From the NCBI GenBank assembly GCA_002269645.1, contig NIVC01001511.1:248001-312000 (forward strand): 64,000 nt of DNA. The letters are read 5' to 3'. The position numbers and the translations under genes are program-made. Below are positions 1 to 13,900 of this stretch, one piece after another. Origin of the DNA: Macrostomum lignano. Lineage: Eukaryota. The notes below the pieces were generated by a model. The model worked only from the letters and a program-made list of their open reading frames with translations, did not search any database and had not been told where the DNA came from. Each line of letters opens with the position of its first letter. Positions within the stretch are counted from its first letter, which is position 1.

Positions 1-1
1 C

Positions 2-832
2 AACATTGTTTCACACTCTAAGGAGAGCATTCCAATCACTATAGCGGGTCGCATTACTGAGTCAAACGGAATCTTCATTCAAAAATTGGAGCAACCACTT
101 CGTTTGGATCCCGAGGCGAATTACCACGTCTATCTCAACGATTTCACTGGGTGGTCAAATGTTCCCAATGTGACAGCGGAAAATAACAAGTTTTATTAAA
201 AATGGAAGCGTACTACAACAGAGGTTGTGATATTTCCTGTCAGCACACAGAGCGTGGATACTTATAATTACTTCTTGGAGAACGTCTTCACTAAACGAAA
301 GCATTTTGAGATACCGGATGAAAGCAAACCAGAAAATAAACTGTTCCCTGTTAGATTAACTTATGATCTAACTGTCATGAGAGTTGTCTTGCAAGTTCAT
401 AAGGACGCAGAGGTAGAGTTTAAAGATGGCACTTGGTATCGCGAGTTGGGATTTGAAAAGAGAGTTTATGGTGGCGCCACAGACCAAAGCCCGCCGCAGG
501 CGCCTGGCACTGTTGCTGTGTCCCGGCTAATATCCGGTATGTACTTGGCGCCAAATATCGCTGACATTGTCAAAGGTTTGAATATATTAATTCGCAGCAA
601 TCTGAGCCATGATTGGATATTCAAGGGCAAACGAACCAACATACTTTTTAACATTTCAAACTCTGTTGCTGGTGGCAAAATGCTTGTGCAAAAGCCAAAC
701 CCCGTGAAAAGAGTGATTCTGAGTAATAGAGAGATACATGAAATCGTTCTGCAGTTTGAAACAGAGGATGGAGTTGGTGTCGATTTTAACGGGGAAGAGT
801 TTGTGCTAACAATTATTTTTGAGAGAATGTGA
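2..832 (+). pseudogene. Polinton/Maverick-type minor capsid (penton) gene with one in-frame stop, 5' end outside the window
   Basis: Frame 2 is open from base 2 (NIVSHSKESIPITIAGRITESNGIFIQKLEQPLRLDPEANYHVYLNDFTGWSNVPNVTAENNKFY), has TAA at 197-199, then continues in the same frame into ORF 227-832. Motifs PLRL..Y.V.L..F..WSNVPNV...NNKFY, ADI, I.SNL, NILF and I..I.L.F..E.G..VDFNGE....I match my recollection of Polinton penton proteins. No introns. Confidence 0.7.
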
Positions 833-963
833 GTCGTCTTCAGACTTGTAAAATTACGATATAAGCCGCCAGGTACATCCTTGTAGTTGGCTACTACAAC
901 TGCCTTATAACTTCAGCAAAGTTATAGTAGCTGTCGTAATCTTTTACGTAGGTTACTCCATAC

Positions 964-1137
964 TTAAGAAGCCGGTGTCTTTGCATGGAGAGCTAGATTA
1001 ATATTAGGGACATTGATATCAACGCCGGGCCAATATTTTCTCATGTATTCGCTGCATTTCTTCTTGCATCGGTACTTACTCTTGTAATTAGGCTCGTGCG
1101 CTTTGTAATAAGAACCTGGAGAGACAACTGGAAACAT
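964..1137 (-). CDS. Small hypothetical ORF (57 aa), convergent with the penton gene, possibly Polinton accessory gene
   Basis: ATG at 1137, stop at 964; intronless; no recognisable motif. Confidence 0.2.
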   Translation of the reverse strand: MFPVVSPGSYYKAHEPNYKSKYRCKKKCSEYMRKYWPGVDINVPNINLALHAKTPAS

Positions 1138-1312
1138 TTTTATTGAGAATTTAATTTTTTTCAAAGGGTAAGGACCCTGCGCTGATGATTTAAAGTCTTT
1201 GGGATCTGGTTTCGCGAATTGAATGTGGGGGAGAAGAATGCAGATTATTTTCTGATTGTTTCGAAGATGCTATGGGTGGATCTCAGTGGATTATGTAGGA
1301 CACCTGTTATGC

Positions 1313-1405
1313 TCTGATTCTGTCGGGGATAATATGGATGGATTTAGGAGCAAGTGCGACCCCCCCTTTTTTCTGATTCTGTCGGGGATAATATGGATGG
1401 ATTTA
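1313..1405 (+). repeat. 34-bp perfect direct repeat (2 copies) in a probable Polinton terminal-repeat region
   Basis: TCTGATTCTGTCGGGGATAATATGGATGGATTTA at 1313-1346 and 1372-1405; region ends at TCTACT (1458-1463), similar to the ACTACT Polinton terminus. Confidence 0.8.
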
Positions 1406-1969
1406 ATGGGATTATGGAGGACGTGAAAAATTTTGTCCCAAAAGCCCCCTCATGCATTCTACTTAGTTCAGATTCAGCGCCAAATCAGGCCCAGTCCCAC
1501 TCTTATATTGCCGACTGGGATCTATAGCGGGCGAGCCTATCTAACCATAATAAATAATCGATAACATAACAAATAAGTCTGAGTGCTACCGCTACAAAAA
1601 CCGCCTCCGTTATTCGTCTTCGTCATTTGACCGTGTCGTCTTTAATCGTCACACAATGATCTGACCAGAGTCAGAATATTCTGAACCATGCCGAGCAAGT
1701 GTATTTGTAACTGATTTGAACTTTATCGATATTCTGACTCGAAATCTGATAGATATCAGTGAAAAGTGCAGGTTAAGCCAGTTTATGGGGAAATAAAATA
1801 TCAGCACAATGTATAATGTATAAAAACTCAGTACAACATTTCAGTACAACATTTCGAGCATCTTTCTGCATAGAATTTATCAGCGTTCTAGTTAGAAAAT
1901 ATGCAATAAATTCACTCCGTGTTCGTTCCCTATCCGAATTTTTTTCGTTCCAACGTATTTCCCCGTCTC

Positions 1970-4900
1970 TCAGTTGGCTCTCTCCAAGCCCAGCTTCGTC
2001 CTGTTAGCCAGGTTTCTCTGCCGCTGGCTTTCCAAGCGCAGAGATGACGGCACTTTTTCAGGCCGTGGGTGATGCGGGTAAGTGCTGAGCAGGGTCAGCT
2101 TCTCCAGCAAAGAACCGATTCGAGTCAGCGCCTCTGACAGGTAGAGATCCAGGGGTGATAGCTGAGGCTGAGGTGGGGCGGCTTCCATGGACTGGTGTAT
2201 CTGCAAGTTTTCAAAATGAATCAGACGAGTATATAGAGCGATCCAAATCTTTTTTTGCTTTCCATATGGTAATATATGTAAATATTCGAATCTTGTCGAG
2301 ATTTTCTGCATAAGAGCTTAAGAGCTGTGCAAAGAATGAAATTTCAACCCGGCACTCAGAGTTTAATAATATTTAAAAAATGAATAGAGAAGCAAAAATC
2401 AACATTAAATTAATTTAACGACGCGTTTCGCCCGATACTGTGCATCTTCAGGATATTTTGAGCGAAAGAAACGAGTGAGATCGGAAGTAAATAAATACGA
2501 AGTTTTGGGGTGTAAATTTAATCAATATTTGACGTACATGTTTGTTGGTCCATAAGTCGAGAGGCAAAGTCCAGGGACGGATTGATAGCGATGTAGTTAA
2601 AATTGCAAAATGTACAACCAGTGCCCCCTCCCTCAGAACACACGGGGAACATGGCCCGCGCCACTGTGTTGGATTTGAGTGTTGAGGTTGGGGGAATGCG
2701 CTTTAATGTACAGCGCTTCAAGTATCTGCAGTTTGGAGTCAAATGAGCATTGATCAATGACTTTGAAGCGCTTCTCGGGTTTGCAGTTAGAGCAACTATT
2801 ACACTCCAAGAGACGGTTCCGGACAGCCGAAAGTTTCAGCCAGTGTTCCCTGATTCTAGTGTGCAGGTGCCTTTTTGTCTTCCCCACGTAGGAGACGCTC
2901 TGGTCATCAGAGCAGTTGAACTGATAAACGACACCAGCACCACAGCTGAAACCGTCGGCTATCCAAAACCATCTCCCAGAGTGCAATAGTTGCTCTAACT
3001 TGACCCTAACCCTAACCCTAACCCTATTCATCTTACTTGCCAAGCGAGCAACTTTACCTAAGTATTCAAGAAATCTTAAAGCAGCGAAAAAGCGTACTGC
3101 CGAATTACCTTTGTCCCATTTGCAATTATTTATACTGGTTTTGAGTTATATGCAGTTAATGTACGAGTATAAGAGACAACATAGCTCGTATGCACAAAAT
3201 AATACGACTCAGAAATGACTCAAATGCAACTAATGAACCGCACCTTAATTCGAGCCCCAACGTTAATCTTGCAGCTGCGGCTGGCTGTGACGAATGATAA
3301 ATAAATACTATCCCTAGCAGCCAGTCGCAGGCCCACTGTCTTGTTCAGGGCCAGCGAGATCGGCTGGAAAGGCGGAGCGTGGATGTGTGGAGCTTGTGCT
3401 GCAGGCTGGCCCGTTGAATGCCAGTGCCAGTGCCGCTTCTTGCTCCCCTGCTGGTCCAAGTCAAGCCCGTTGAACCGATCATAGTTTATACTAAAACGTG
3501 GGATTTTGTTAATTAACCTTATGAGCAGCTGCTTCTCAGCTTCTTTTCGTGCAATGTAAATGTCCTTTAAATGTAAGATTTTCTGACGAGGATTGTGGCC
3601 AGAAACTTTGTACGACGGATTTAATCTGCATAAAAATGCAGGTCTTAGAATAATGTGGTTATGACCCAACTATTGGGATATTCAAGGGGTCTTGCTGTTC
3701 GCGCCCTGCTCTAACTGTGACTTTACATGCGGGGTCGCGTATTTTGTTGTTGTTGTCGTTGTTGCTGTTAGTGTGTTGTTTGTATATGTGTGTGCGTGTG
3801 TGTGTGTTCTGAAAGTTTTGTTGTTGTGGATCCTTGAATTAAATCACAATGCTGTTGTAGTCCGCACCGAATTCCTCCGTCCCTGAAGTAGGCGGTGCCT
3901 CGGCCAATGTTGTCAAACACGCCCAGCAGACGGGCTCGACCTGGCGGCTTGTCGTCCAGCACGATGTGCAGCAGGTTGTTCGGGCGGTCCGCGGGACGAG
4001 AAATTAGGATAGCGAGTCGGCCAGATGGGTAGAATACATTCCCTGTACGATCTGCAAACATGGTCACAAACTTCTTCCCGTTGGGGTAGAACTTCTCCAG
4101 GAGATCTGTCGGTGTGCCCTGCGTTGGCGAGTTGGAGTGTATAAAGTGAAGATATGGTTTTTGATAGTGCTGGACGTGCAGACATGGAACTACGTACATG
4201 TAATATTGTTGAAGCCGTAAGAGCTTCTGCTTGGCCCAGTTAAGTTTTGCAAGCTTGGTCTAAGTATATCATGGCTAAAGGAATAGAAAGAATCGCTCAT
4301 CTGAAAGCGAGTCTTTGGCCAAGACTTCGTAAAAATTGGGGTACGAGCGTATTCCCCCCATGAATTTCATTGGCTGCTGGAATTTAATAATAGTCCCCCT
4401 AAGAAGCTTGTACGCAAAGGAAATTCCAAAGTCACGATTAACGTAATATATATTTAACTGTTTTCTTTCTCTGGACCACCACGGCTTAAGGGACAGAAAT
4501 TAGCATTCCAACGCGCAAGATTGGAGTAGGCTTGCAACGTCGAGTTGCCTCTGTGTACTGTTTCATTTACATGTTTGTTGCATGTCATATTTGCATGAAC
4601 GTACCATTCTCATAAAATATACAAAAATACACTATACTAATTAGGATTAAAACTCGAAGCTTGGTTTCATTGACAGCAATCAAACCCATGCTGTTGAATA
4701 TGTTTGGAATACTGCAGCCAGCACATGACTCACTCTAGGAGTGATTCCCAGTCCAGCCGCCAGGTCTGTGATCTCGTCCATGTCAAAGTCGTAGATCTGC
4801 CATTCGCTGACGCCATCTCCTAGTGGGCTGGGGGCCCGTAGCGTCCAGCCTTCTTCCAGACATCGCATTGAGGACAGTGAATAGTTTATAGTGCGCATCT

Positions 4901-7900
4901 GGCGGCCCACTAAAATTAAAATTTTGTTTTTCATACTTTTCATACTTACATTTTTTGAGAGCTTCATTCGACTAGTGTACGTAGTGCATTCATTCAGATT
5001 TTCATGTGCTGTCAGGGAGAAAAATCTTTATAAGTTTGTCCTGGCAATGGTCAGTTAATGATACATGCAAAAAAAATGTGTTGCATGTATATTAAATCAG
5101 GTGTCATTTGAGGATGGAGAATTCATTGATTGAGTCAACAATACATGTTCTATCTAGATAGAAATTTTTGCCTCTCATTAGACGGTTTAAAAATGGCTTT
5201 CCGAACAAGGCCTTCTCGAAAATCAGTTCAAATTAGTTCTTGCAAACTTACAGAGTTGAAAAGTTTCTATCAATATTTAGGCTCAAGCAGCGTTAGGGTG
5301 TTTGTTAAGAAACATAACTACAAAGGAGAGAAAATCGGGGGCTGCGAAGATACCAGGGTACCAGCATATACGGACAGGGGACAAATTTAATTTACATTTT
5401 TCGCACAGCGAACTCGCAGTCAGAACCAACTTGAAGTACATGCTGCATATATACTGGCGCATATAAGTCGCCACTCAATGCGCCAGTGAGCAATTTCCCC
5501 TGGACTATTCTGAAATAAAAGGTACAAGAAAACTGAGGAGTAGCTTTAATCCGTCCAACCCTCGCACACCGCTCTCCCCACTTCATTCCGCAACTCAAGC
5601 TGCCGTGGCGTTGCGTCACTCTAAAAAATTGAGAGACTTTACCTGCACTCTCAAAAGTTGCGACCACAGACGGAATTTTCTGTGATGGCGACTTTTCGAT
5701 GTTGTTGAGTGTAACTATTGATATGGCGGAAAAATCTGTGGCCTCTTAGCACTGGTGAAAACTTAAGTTTGTCCCTTAAATTCTTAGTCCGTACAAAAAT
5801 GACGCTAATAATTTCCGTACGCCAAATTAAAGTATGGCTTTTCAAAATTGTATGAGCATCACTTGAGACAGAAGCAAAGGAGTAAAATTGGTGCAAAATT
5901 ATAGGTCCCAGCGCAGAAATATGCGATAATATATAATAAAATCCGCGCCTTAGAGCAGACTAGCAGCAGGCAGATTCTCACTATTAAGAACTCACCCACT
6001 GCCTCTGTGTCAGCAAAAGCTTCAGGTTCTTCTACTTAGTTGGCCATGGTGGCGACAGAATGGAAATAATAAACAGTGGGTAAAGCGGAGCGACGAACTG
6101 CAGTCAATCTGAAATAGAATGCCTGTACACTGCTCCAGTTTTAAATGCACCAGCAATCTCAAAGTTACACTGCAGAAGTTAGGTTATATACATGTATTTT
6201 CAAGAAGACGCGCTGGTTAAAATAAATTGAATCAAACACAATGATTTTGCACAAGCAATCGAGCCATTGATTGATCAAGCAGGGCAATCAAGCGATAGAA
6301 GCACCTTAAGCGGAGTTTTAATATACAAAAAAGTAGTGTTTGTTTACAGTGTATTAGCCTAAGTAGACCACTCTCTACTTCACTCTGCCATCCCGTTACC
6401 CCTACGAGGGGCACTACGTACGAGACTTTGTTAGCGCGATCATTCTTGTTTAGAGCACAAAAATTCAACACAACTATTACGAGCAGAACCAGAGAAGAGA
6501 GAATCAGTAAAGGAAATTGCAACAAAGGAAGATTTCTTACTATCGGCTTCCACAGAGACTTGCTCTCGCTTCCTGGCTGTTAGTTAAAGGTTACGAGTAA
6601 AAATTTGCATAAACTGTTGTCAGGGTTAATAAGCTATTAAGCTAAAGTTGGGGAATAAATTATGCTACATATATCTTAATGTAATATTTACACTACATGT
6701 GAAAATATCATTTAAATATACAAGCTACAAGCAAGACAAAAGCAATGAAGACACCACATGATTCTTAGAATTTAATACTCCACGCTTTAATCAACGACTA
6801 CTAGAAGTAACTGTGCTATACAACAGTAAAAAAGTACAACAGTAACTTCTATTTATCCTTGAAACCTTGACTTCAATGCTCCAGGATAAATCCAGCTCGA
6901 TAGGGAGTAAATACACTAAATTTACGAAGTTAACGAGCTGCAGCTTTTGCAACTTATACAGCAGACTTAGATACCAAGCTACCGTTACTTGCTGGTTATT
7001 AAATGTGTTTACAGTGCGCTAAAATTGTAGATTCATGCATGTAAATAGAAGCGCACAACATCAAAGCAAGCAAGCATACGAGCTAAAAGTACCAGGAGTC
7101 CGATTTAAATGAGGTGAGAATAAAGTCTAGGCAACTTCTTTTGGTTCAATTAGATACTCACGATTGCTGATGACGGCAGCGGAAAGAGCGTCGAGGTTCT
7201 GGCGCATCTTTGCTGATGAGAACTCGCCTTTCCAAAGCGAAGAGAAAAAATAAATTCAGACTGTGCGAACAGCGAATTTGCACCTGAGATTTTCTTTTCA
7301 CCTTACCGAAATGTTTAATATATAACGCTTGTCTTGTGCATCAGCTGATACTGGTGAAGCATTCATAAACGGATTTAAATCCCGAGTGCGAGTGGACTTC
7401 TGTATTCAGATTTTTGCAAGTCATTTCAACAGAATATTTTATTTCATAATACCCAAAAATGAACAGCACTACTGATAAATTAAGCCTACAGCTAGATTTC
7501 GCCTCAAAAGATCCGAAACAAATGAAAACGAGCTATCTCGGCTACTAAAATAAATTGAGTAACTAAAAGTATTTAATTATTTAATTTAATTTAATTCTCT
7601 GCAAACATGTCCGAAATTCTCACCTTGAGCCGTTGCCTGGGCGGCCTCCGCAGCTCTGCGCTGCCTCTCCTGCTGCAACAGTTTGCGCCTGAAATAAGAT
7701 TACTGCTGCCTTGCATTTACGCTCGTATGTGCCTTCTGCAGAACTGAATGCAGAACTGAACTGTCGACGATTCTAACCAATTTCAGAAGTGATACGCTCG
7801 TAAATATTTCTGTTTTGCAAGTCCGTTTTATAAAGGGAACCGTTTCCGTAAGTATGCTGCATACAATACAAGCTAAGCAATCGAAGAAGCACACTTAAGT

Positions 7901-10900
7901 AAAAGCACGGTCTTTCGTTATCGTGTTGCAACCCATTCAAGACGCTTGGTTTAATTCTTCTTTGCATTTTGCTAATTTCAATTTCAGTGGCTCAAAATCA
8001 GAGTTTCATATGAAAGTTTCTACCAGAAACGCCTTGCGTTACATATCTAGAGCCAATTGAGGGGTTAAAATAAGTTTAAAAGGCTCTGTCGATTGTTCAA
8101 ACCTTTTCTCCGCTTCCTCCCTCATACGCTCCCTCTCCTGCGCAGATTTTTTTCCTCGAGACCCGAAATGTGGGTGCGGCGCCACATCGATGAGCCCTGA
8201 CTCTGTCTGCTGCTGCTGATGCAGAAGCCGAGTCTGCGGGCAGGAAGAGCGATGTGCTCATTGGAAACCAACTGCCATTTACTGACTTAAATTTACTCTT
8301 AACTTTACAGATATCAGGCAGACAGACAGCAGACAGGTTAGACAGACACGATAGTTACAAAGCAGCACCTGGTACTGCAGAGCGAACTCCAGCAGCTTGC
8401 GAAACTCGGCACAACAATAGAGCTGCTCAGGGCTGCGGCTGGCCTGGTCCTCGCGGCTGGGCAGCGCCTGGATGGGCCGGCCGCAGAAGTCGCAGCTGTC
8501 GCCTTCCCTCATGCTTACGGCACCCAGATCCAAACTGAGGCCGGGAAACGCCTCTTCCACCGGGATCTGTGACTCACGCAGATACTGTATTTGGTTCGTA
8601 TATGGTAATAAATTAGCCTTTTGAAGTACAAGTTCAGCAATTACACGGTTTCTTTATTCGCAACAATACCTTTCCGGAGGGTGTTCACGCGCCCTCCTCG
8701 AGCGCTTACGTAGCTAGCTAGAGCGCAAAAAATGGTGTCAGAAGAGCCAAACTGAGTGTCAGGGAAGCCAAAATGAGTGTCAATAGAGGCAAAGTGAGTG
8801 CTTGTAGAGAGCCAGGTGGGTGTCTGTCATGGAAGACAAAGTAGCCCGCGAGAGCATATAGATATAGATATAGATATAGATATAGATATAGATATAGACA
8901 TAGAGAAAAAGACGGCCACAAAATATTTTACCAACCTGAGAATTTCTAGATTAACCGACTAGTAAAGCCTAATTTTCCGAGCCAATTTAAAATGACCCCT
9001 ATCTACATTTTAGTGATGAAACCTGGAAATTAACTCAAAAAGGCCACGGTAAAACCAAAGCTACAATTACAGTAATAAAACCATTTGGTGTATAATTATA
9101 ATTCGGGTGCGCTTAACAATACGAACGAACAGTACGGCTGTAAGTAACAAGTAACAGAAAATTAGAAAGAAGTGCATTTAAATGTGACAGTGCGTCGCAA
9201 AATAATAGAAAGGCAGACAGAGATAAGCAGGAGTCATGACCTGTGCCAACACGTCCTGTGTGCTTGCAGACGAAACAGCTGAGTGACTCAGAAGACGTCT
9301 TTATGTGTATATAAAATTAATAGTCTGCAGAAATAAAGAAACTTTACGAATTCGCTACCTCAGCGCAGCTGTAGGCATCGCAAAGTAGTTCTCTGTTGTT
9401 TAGAATGTTTACGAGGAAGTGAAAGAAAACGAAAATGCTTAAGATTAACTAGCCTATTTCATTTCAGTAGTAAATATTAGGCAAACTGAAAAAAAAGAAA
9501 TCAAAAAATTCTGAAACTCCAAGACAGGGTTTTGAAGGCAGTTGTGCATGTAGGACTTACACCCTGGAATAGTATTGAAGAAATTCTTGCTTTTCAGCTT
9601 ATGTAATTTAGGATATTATAAAAGATTTTTAATCAGAAGCAAAAGGGAGCGTGTGCACCCATAACGCACTTTAAGTGACATCGCCACACAACCTGTGAGA
9701 GACTACTGCCCATTCCGCCGACTCCCGTGAGCAGGCGCGGATATGTACACAGTCATGCGCCCAGTTGCACACACCAAGGGCCAATGTATTCAATGTTATA
9801 ATAACAGGACGTAAAACTCAAAGATCGTGTAAATTTTAGGAGGTCGATTTCCTGGAAAAATACACCTGGATAAATTATTTTTTCAACACAAAATCAAAGA
9901 TTGAATTTGGTCTGGGGGCATTGAAGAGTACCATTCCTTTAATTTAGCATAGAAAAACCGTTACTCTGATGTGTTTTACATAGGTTAGAAGTTTCATTTA
10001 ATACTTTTTTAATTTCATAAGGCCAAGCCAAAGTTTTAAACTCAGAAGTTAAACTGTTGTTTCGTTGTTCCTTGAATCAAGTACATTTGTAATAAAATGG
10101 TCCATGCAGGTTCTCTTAGCCTTAAGCAAGGCCTTGGCAATTTCTTAAGACTAGGTCAACAACAATATGAAAAAAATTATTTTCTTAAACTTTAAATTAC
10201 ATGTTATTATTTAAACAGGTCTAGGAATAGCTACTAGTATGCATTATTGGGAACTATAGCCACGATAATGGCTTAGAAACATGTATGCAACAATTTTATC
10301 ACAAATATACGACTCTATTCAATACGAATATACTTTATTCAAGAAGCACCAAAACAAACATTTCGCCGAGAGTGCCGCCCGAAACCACTAGGCTACCCCC
10401 CCCCTATTATAAAAGATAAAAAAACTACTGAAGGTAAATCAGGAATGACTGCGTTCTTTAATTTACCTATTACACTCAGTAGTCCAATGCAAGTACGCAG
10501 TTATTAAATTCGAGAAAAAACAATGATTATATAAAATATTCACACAACTGTTGGGATTCGATCCTTGAACGCTTACCTGAAGAATCTGAGGTGGCCCCAC
10601 AGAAGGAAGCAACCCATTATCAGCTGCCGGCCTTCATCTGCCACTCCGACGGCCTCCGCTGTATCCACAGTTTCAAGGCCGGCATTTTTTGAGCTTCCAG
10701 AGTTTACTAAAGAGTCGCCTTTCACATTGGTGTCGGATAGCTGCAGAGGTGGTTGGGAGTGACTGTTGCCTTTCACATTGGTGTCGGATAGTTGCAGAGA
10801 TGGGTGGGACTGACAGTTGCCTTTCGCATTGGTTACTGCCCGCTAAAATTACGGAGCCTACTAAAAATTTTAATTGGTGAAAGTTGCTGAAAGATGCTGC

Positions 10901-13900
10901 ACCGCGCTTTCTCTGTCTCATTGTGGTCAAACAAATATAGTTTTTAGCGTGTTTGTGGGTGCGATCGACTTTGCTTAGCAAGTACTGTTGTCCGACTTAC
11001 ATCGGAGTCGTCGTCCTGCACCAGCAGAACGCCGAACTCATCATCAACACGCGGCTCCGGGTAGGCAGGGATGGTGAGGCCACCAGCCCTACTGCGTCCC
11101 AGACGGCCCGACTGCGAGCTTCCACCGCTGCGACCAGACCGCATAGAGCTACGCGAGCTGCGGGGCCCGCCACGCTTTCTCTGGCTGCTGCCACCTGCGC
11201 CACTCTGGACCTCTATGACGTCTGCCTCTGTGGGAACAGAGTTGAGCTCTATTTTGACAGATTTCCAATAGGCGGTCTTCCCTGGTTCTGTTTTAAATTT
11301 GACTGCTTTATTAGTCCATGCAAAGAAATCCTTTCTTGATGATTAATCTTACTCTCGCTCTAATTTTTACACCGATGTGCGTAAAATCAAGGGAAAATTG
11401 AAGGTCACAAATTTTTGGGATAAGAAAAATTAGCAAGCACAAACGAAAAACTAAACAGCGATAGCTTTTGAGAAATTCTGTGCACTTTTAAGGTCAGAAA
11501 AGACAGAGGCAGAGCAATATACGCTCGTATGTTTTTTCTTTTCTATAAATCATTTCATACAAATAGACAGCTTCGAACTGTGGAGCAAAAAGGGACACTG
11601 ATATGAAAACAGCAGAGGAATGCAAAGAGGGAGAAGCAGAGAACCGTTTTGTCTGTACATAGGTGGAATTTTTATATGTAGATTTTGTCTATCTACCGGC
11701 AGTAGGATGAGGTCGAAACCGATAAAGTTACTAAGGACGTTCTTTTACGAGCTATAATTCATTCTTTTTTCGTTTTATATGCCATACTCGTAGTTCGCCA
11801 TGTTTGCAAAGCAGAGAAAAAGACAAAAACAAAAAGACTCAGGCAGTCTATGCAGGGAGTGCGAACAAAAATATGTAAACGAAATCCACGCTTTTTTGTC
11901 AGATACATGTACCTGAGTTTGAGATTGCAGCAGCCTCGGTCTGACTATCAGCCGAGCTGGCTCGCACTGAGTCCTCTGGTGCCGTGTTTTCCATTTCATA
12001 TTTTGGAGCAGCTATCAATGCAACCAAAACAGTGGTTATTCATAAATTCGAACTATGGAAGTTAAACTAAATTGAGTAGCCAAAAATGTTGAAACAGATA
12101 TTTTGATCATAACTTGATGCTTCGTGAAAAAGAGGCTATCATAATTGTATGAATTACATGTCATATACATGTATATATTTTTGGAGAACATAAAAAAATA
12201 AACCAGTGTACATGTAAGCATGTGCGCCCGGGATGTTAGCATCAATTAAGCAACCGAATGGAGCCCGAAGTCAGGCCTGGACCAAACCGATTATGTTGAA
12301 TTAGCTGACGCGTTGGGGGTTGTCGCTGACTATTGACTGGTTAACTAACTTAACTATTAAACTTTGACGACTCACTTTATGCCCTGCTGACCGTGCCAAG
12401 CGTGCACCCACTCATGCATGCATCAATGCGTACATAATGTACTTTCTACTTCAACTTTATCGATAAATCAAATATCGTTTCATACCACTTCGCATTTAAA
12501 TTATTTCATCTAGTTTTTCTTCGTTGTGATTTTCCTAATCAGCAAATATATCAATTCGCTGCATTATCGTTCTGACTAAAACAAGTCTTGTCTGCGTCAC
12601 TTCATTAACCATTAACTCGACTGATCAATCGACTAAAAATGAGTGACCCCCCATCGCAATTCCTATTTTTGAGATCTCAGGGTTTAATAGAATATGGATT
12701 TCATGTCCGCTTAAGGATCCGGCTACATTTATTGTATAATGGAAGCCGTTTTCAAATATCAGAAATCTATTTTCTGGATTTCTAAACGGTCATTTGGAGA
12801 CCCAAGAGAGGAATCATGGTGGGATGTCTCCGCGTCTTAGTCGGCTGGTCGGACGTTACATGCTCAAATAAATTCTACTTCAGTTGTCCATGATTAGTTA
12901 ATGTCGCTGGCTTGGTCAGACGCCCGACTGCACTATACGAGGAGGGGCGTACTGAAAGTTTCGAGATATGGTTGACTCATAAGTCACAACTGCACAAATT
13001 TTTATGTACATACTCTACCACCCTTAAGATGATTGGGTATAAATTTTCAGCCTTCGTGCTTTTGTCAATTTTTCACAATCACTCTTCAAAATCAATACCC
13101 CCTACCAAACTGTACTTGCTCCAATGGAGTTGACAAACCGCGACTTTCGTGCCATGATAGTTTACGACCAGCGAAAAGGTCTCACGCAGGAGCAGTGCAT
13201 TGAAAGTTTACGTGCTGCCTTTGGAGACCAAGCCCCTTCACGTGCCACAGTTTTTCGTTGGTACAGCGAGTGTAAGTGGGGCCGAAGCAGCCTTGATGAC
13301 GAGCCTCGGACGGGACGTCCAGCTTCCGCAGTCACGAATGAAAACATCGCTGCTGTCCGGAGAATGATTGACGAGGACCGGCGAGTGACCTGTGCCGAGA
13401 TCAGAGACGCCCTCGGCATTGGATCGGCAGCGGTTACGACCATCCTGCACGACAAGCTGGGAGCCTCCAAGCGGTGTGCCCGATGGGTGCCCCACAACCT
13501 GACGGAGGACCAGAAAGCGGAGAGGGTGCGTTGGTGCGAGTTTATGCTCGAAAGATTCGATTCTGGGGCCTCGAAGCGATGCTGGGAGATCATCACAGGC
13601 GATGAGACCTGGGTCTACCAGTACGACCCGGAAACCAAGCAGCAGTCGGCAGTTTGGCTCCTTCCGGACGATGCCACCCCAACGAAGGTCAAGCGGGCCC
13701 GCAGCGTCGGGAAGCAGATGGTGGCGACTTTCTTCAGCCAGGCTGGCCACCTGGCGACTGTAGCGCTCCAAGACAGGCGGACAGTCAATGCCGACTGGTA
13801 TATCAACCAGTGCCTGCCGCTCGTGCTCGATGCGTGGCGCAGACGCCGGCCGCGCACCGGACTTCGTGGTCTGCTGCTGCACCACGACAATGCCAGTGCG

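Noticed and set aside
1530-1815. Segment after the Polinton end that looks like another interspersed repeat
   Set aside because: No TIR pair, TSD or coding motif could be shown within the window.
2633-3043. 136-aa ORF starting MASKMNRVRVRVRV as an independent gene
   Set aside because: The N-terminus is the translated telomeric tract and flank fused by chance to the Penelope endonuclease remnant.
12270-12345. AG/GT-bounded candidate exon in the host intron
   Set aside because: Phase-incompatible with the neighbouring exons, which already splice in frame (14417 to 12011).
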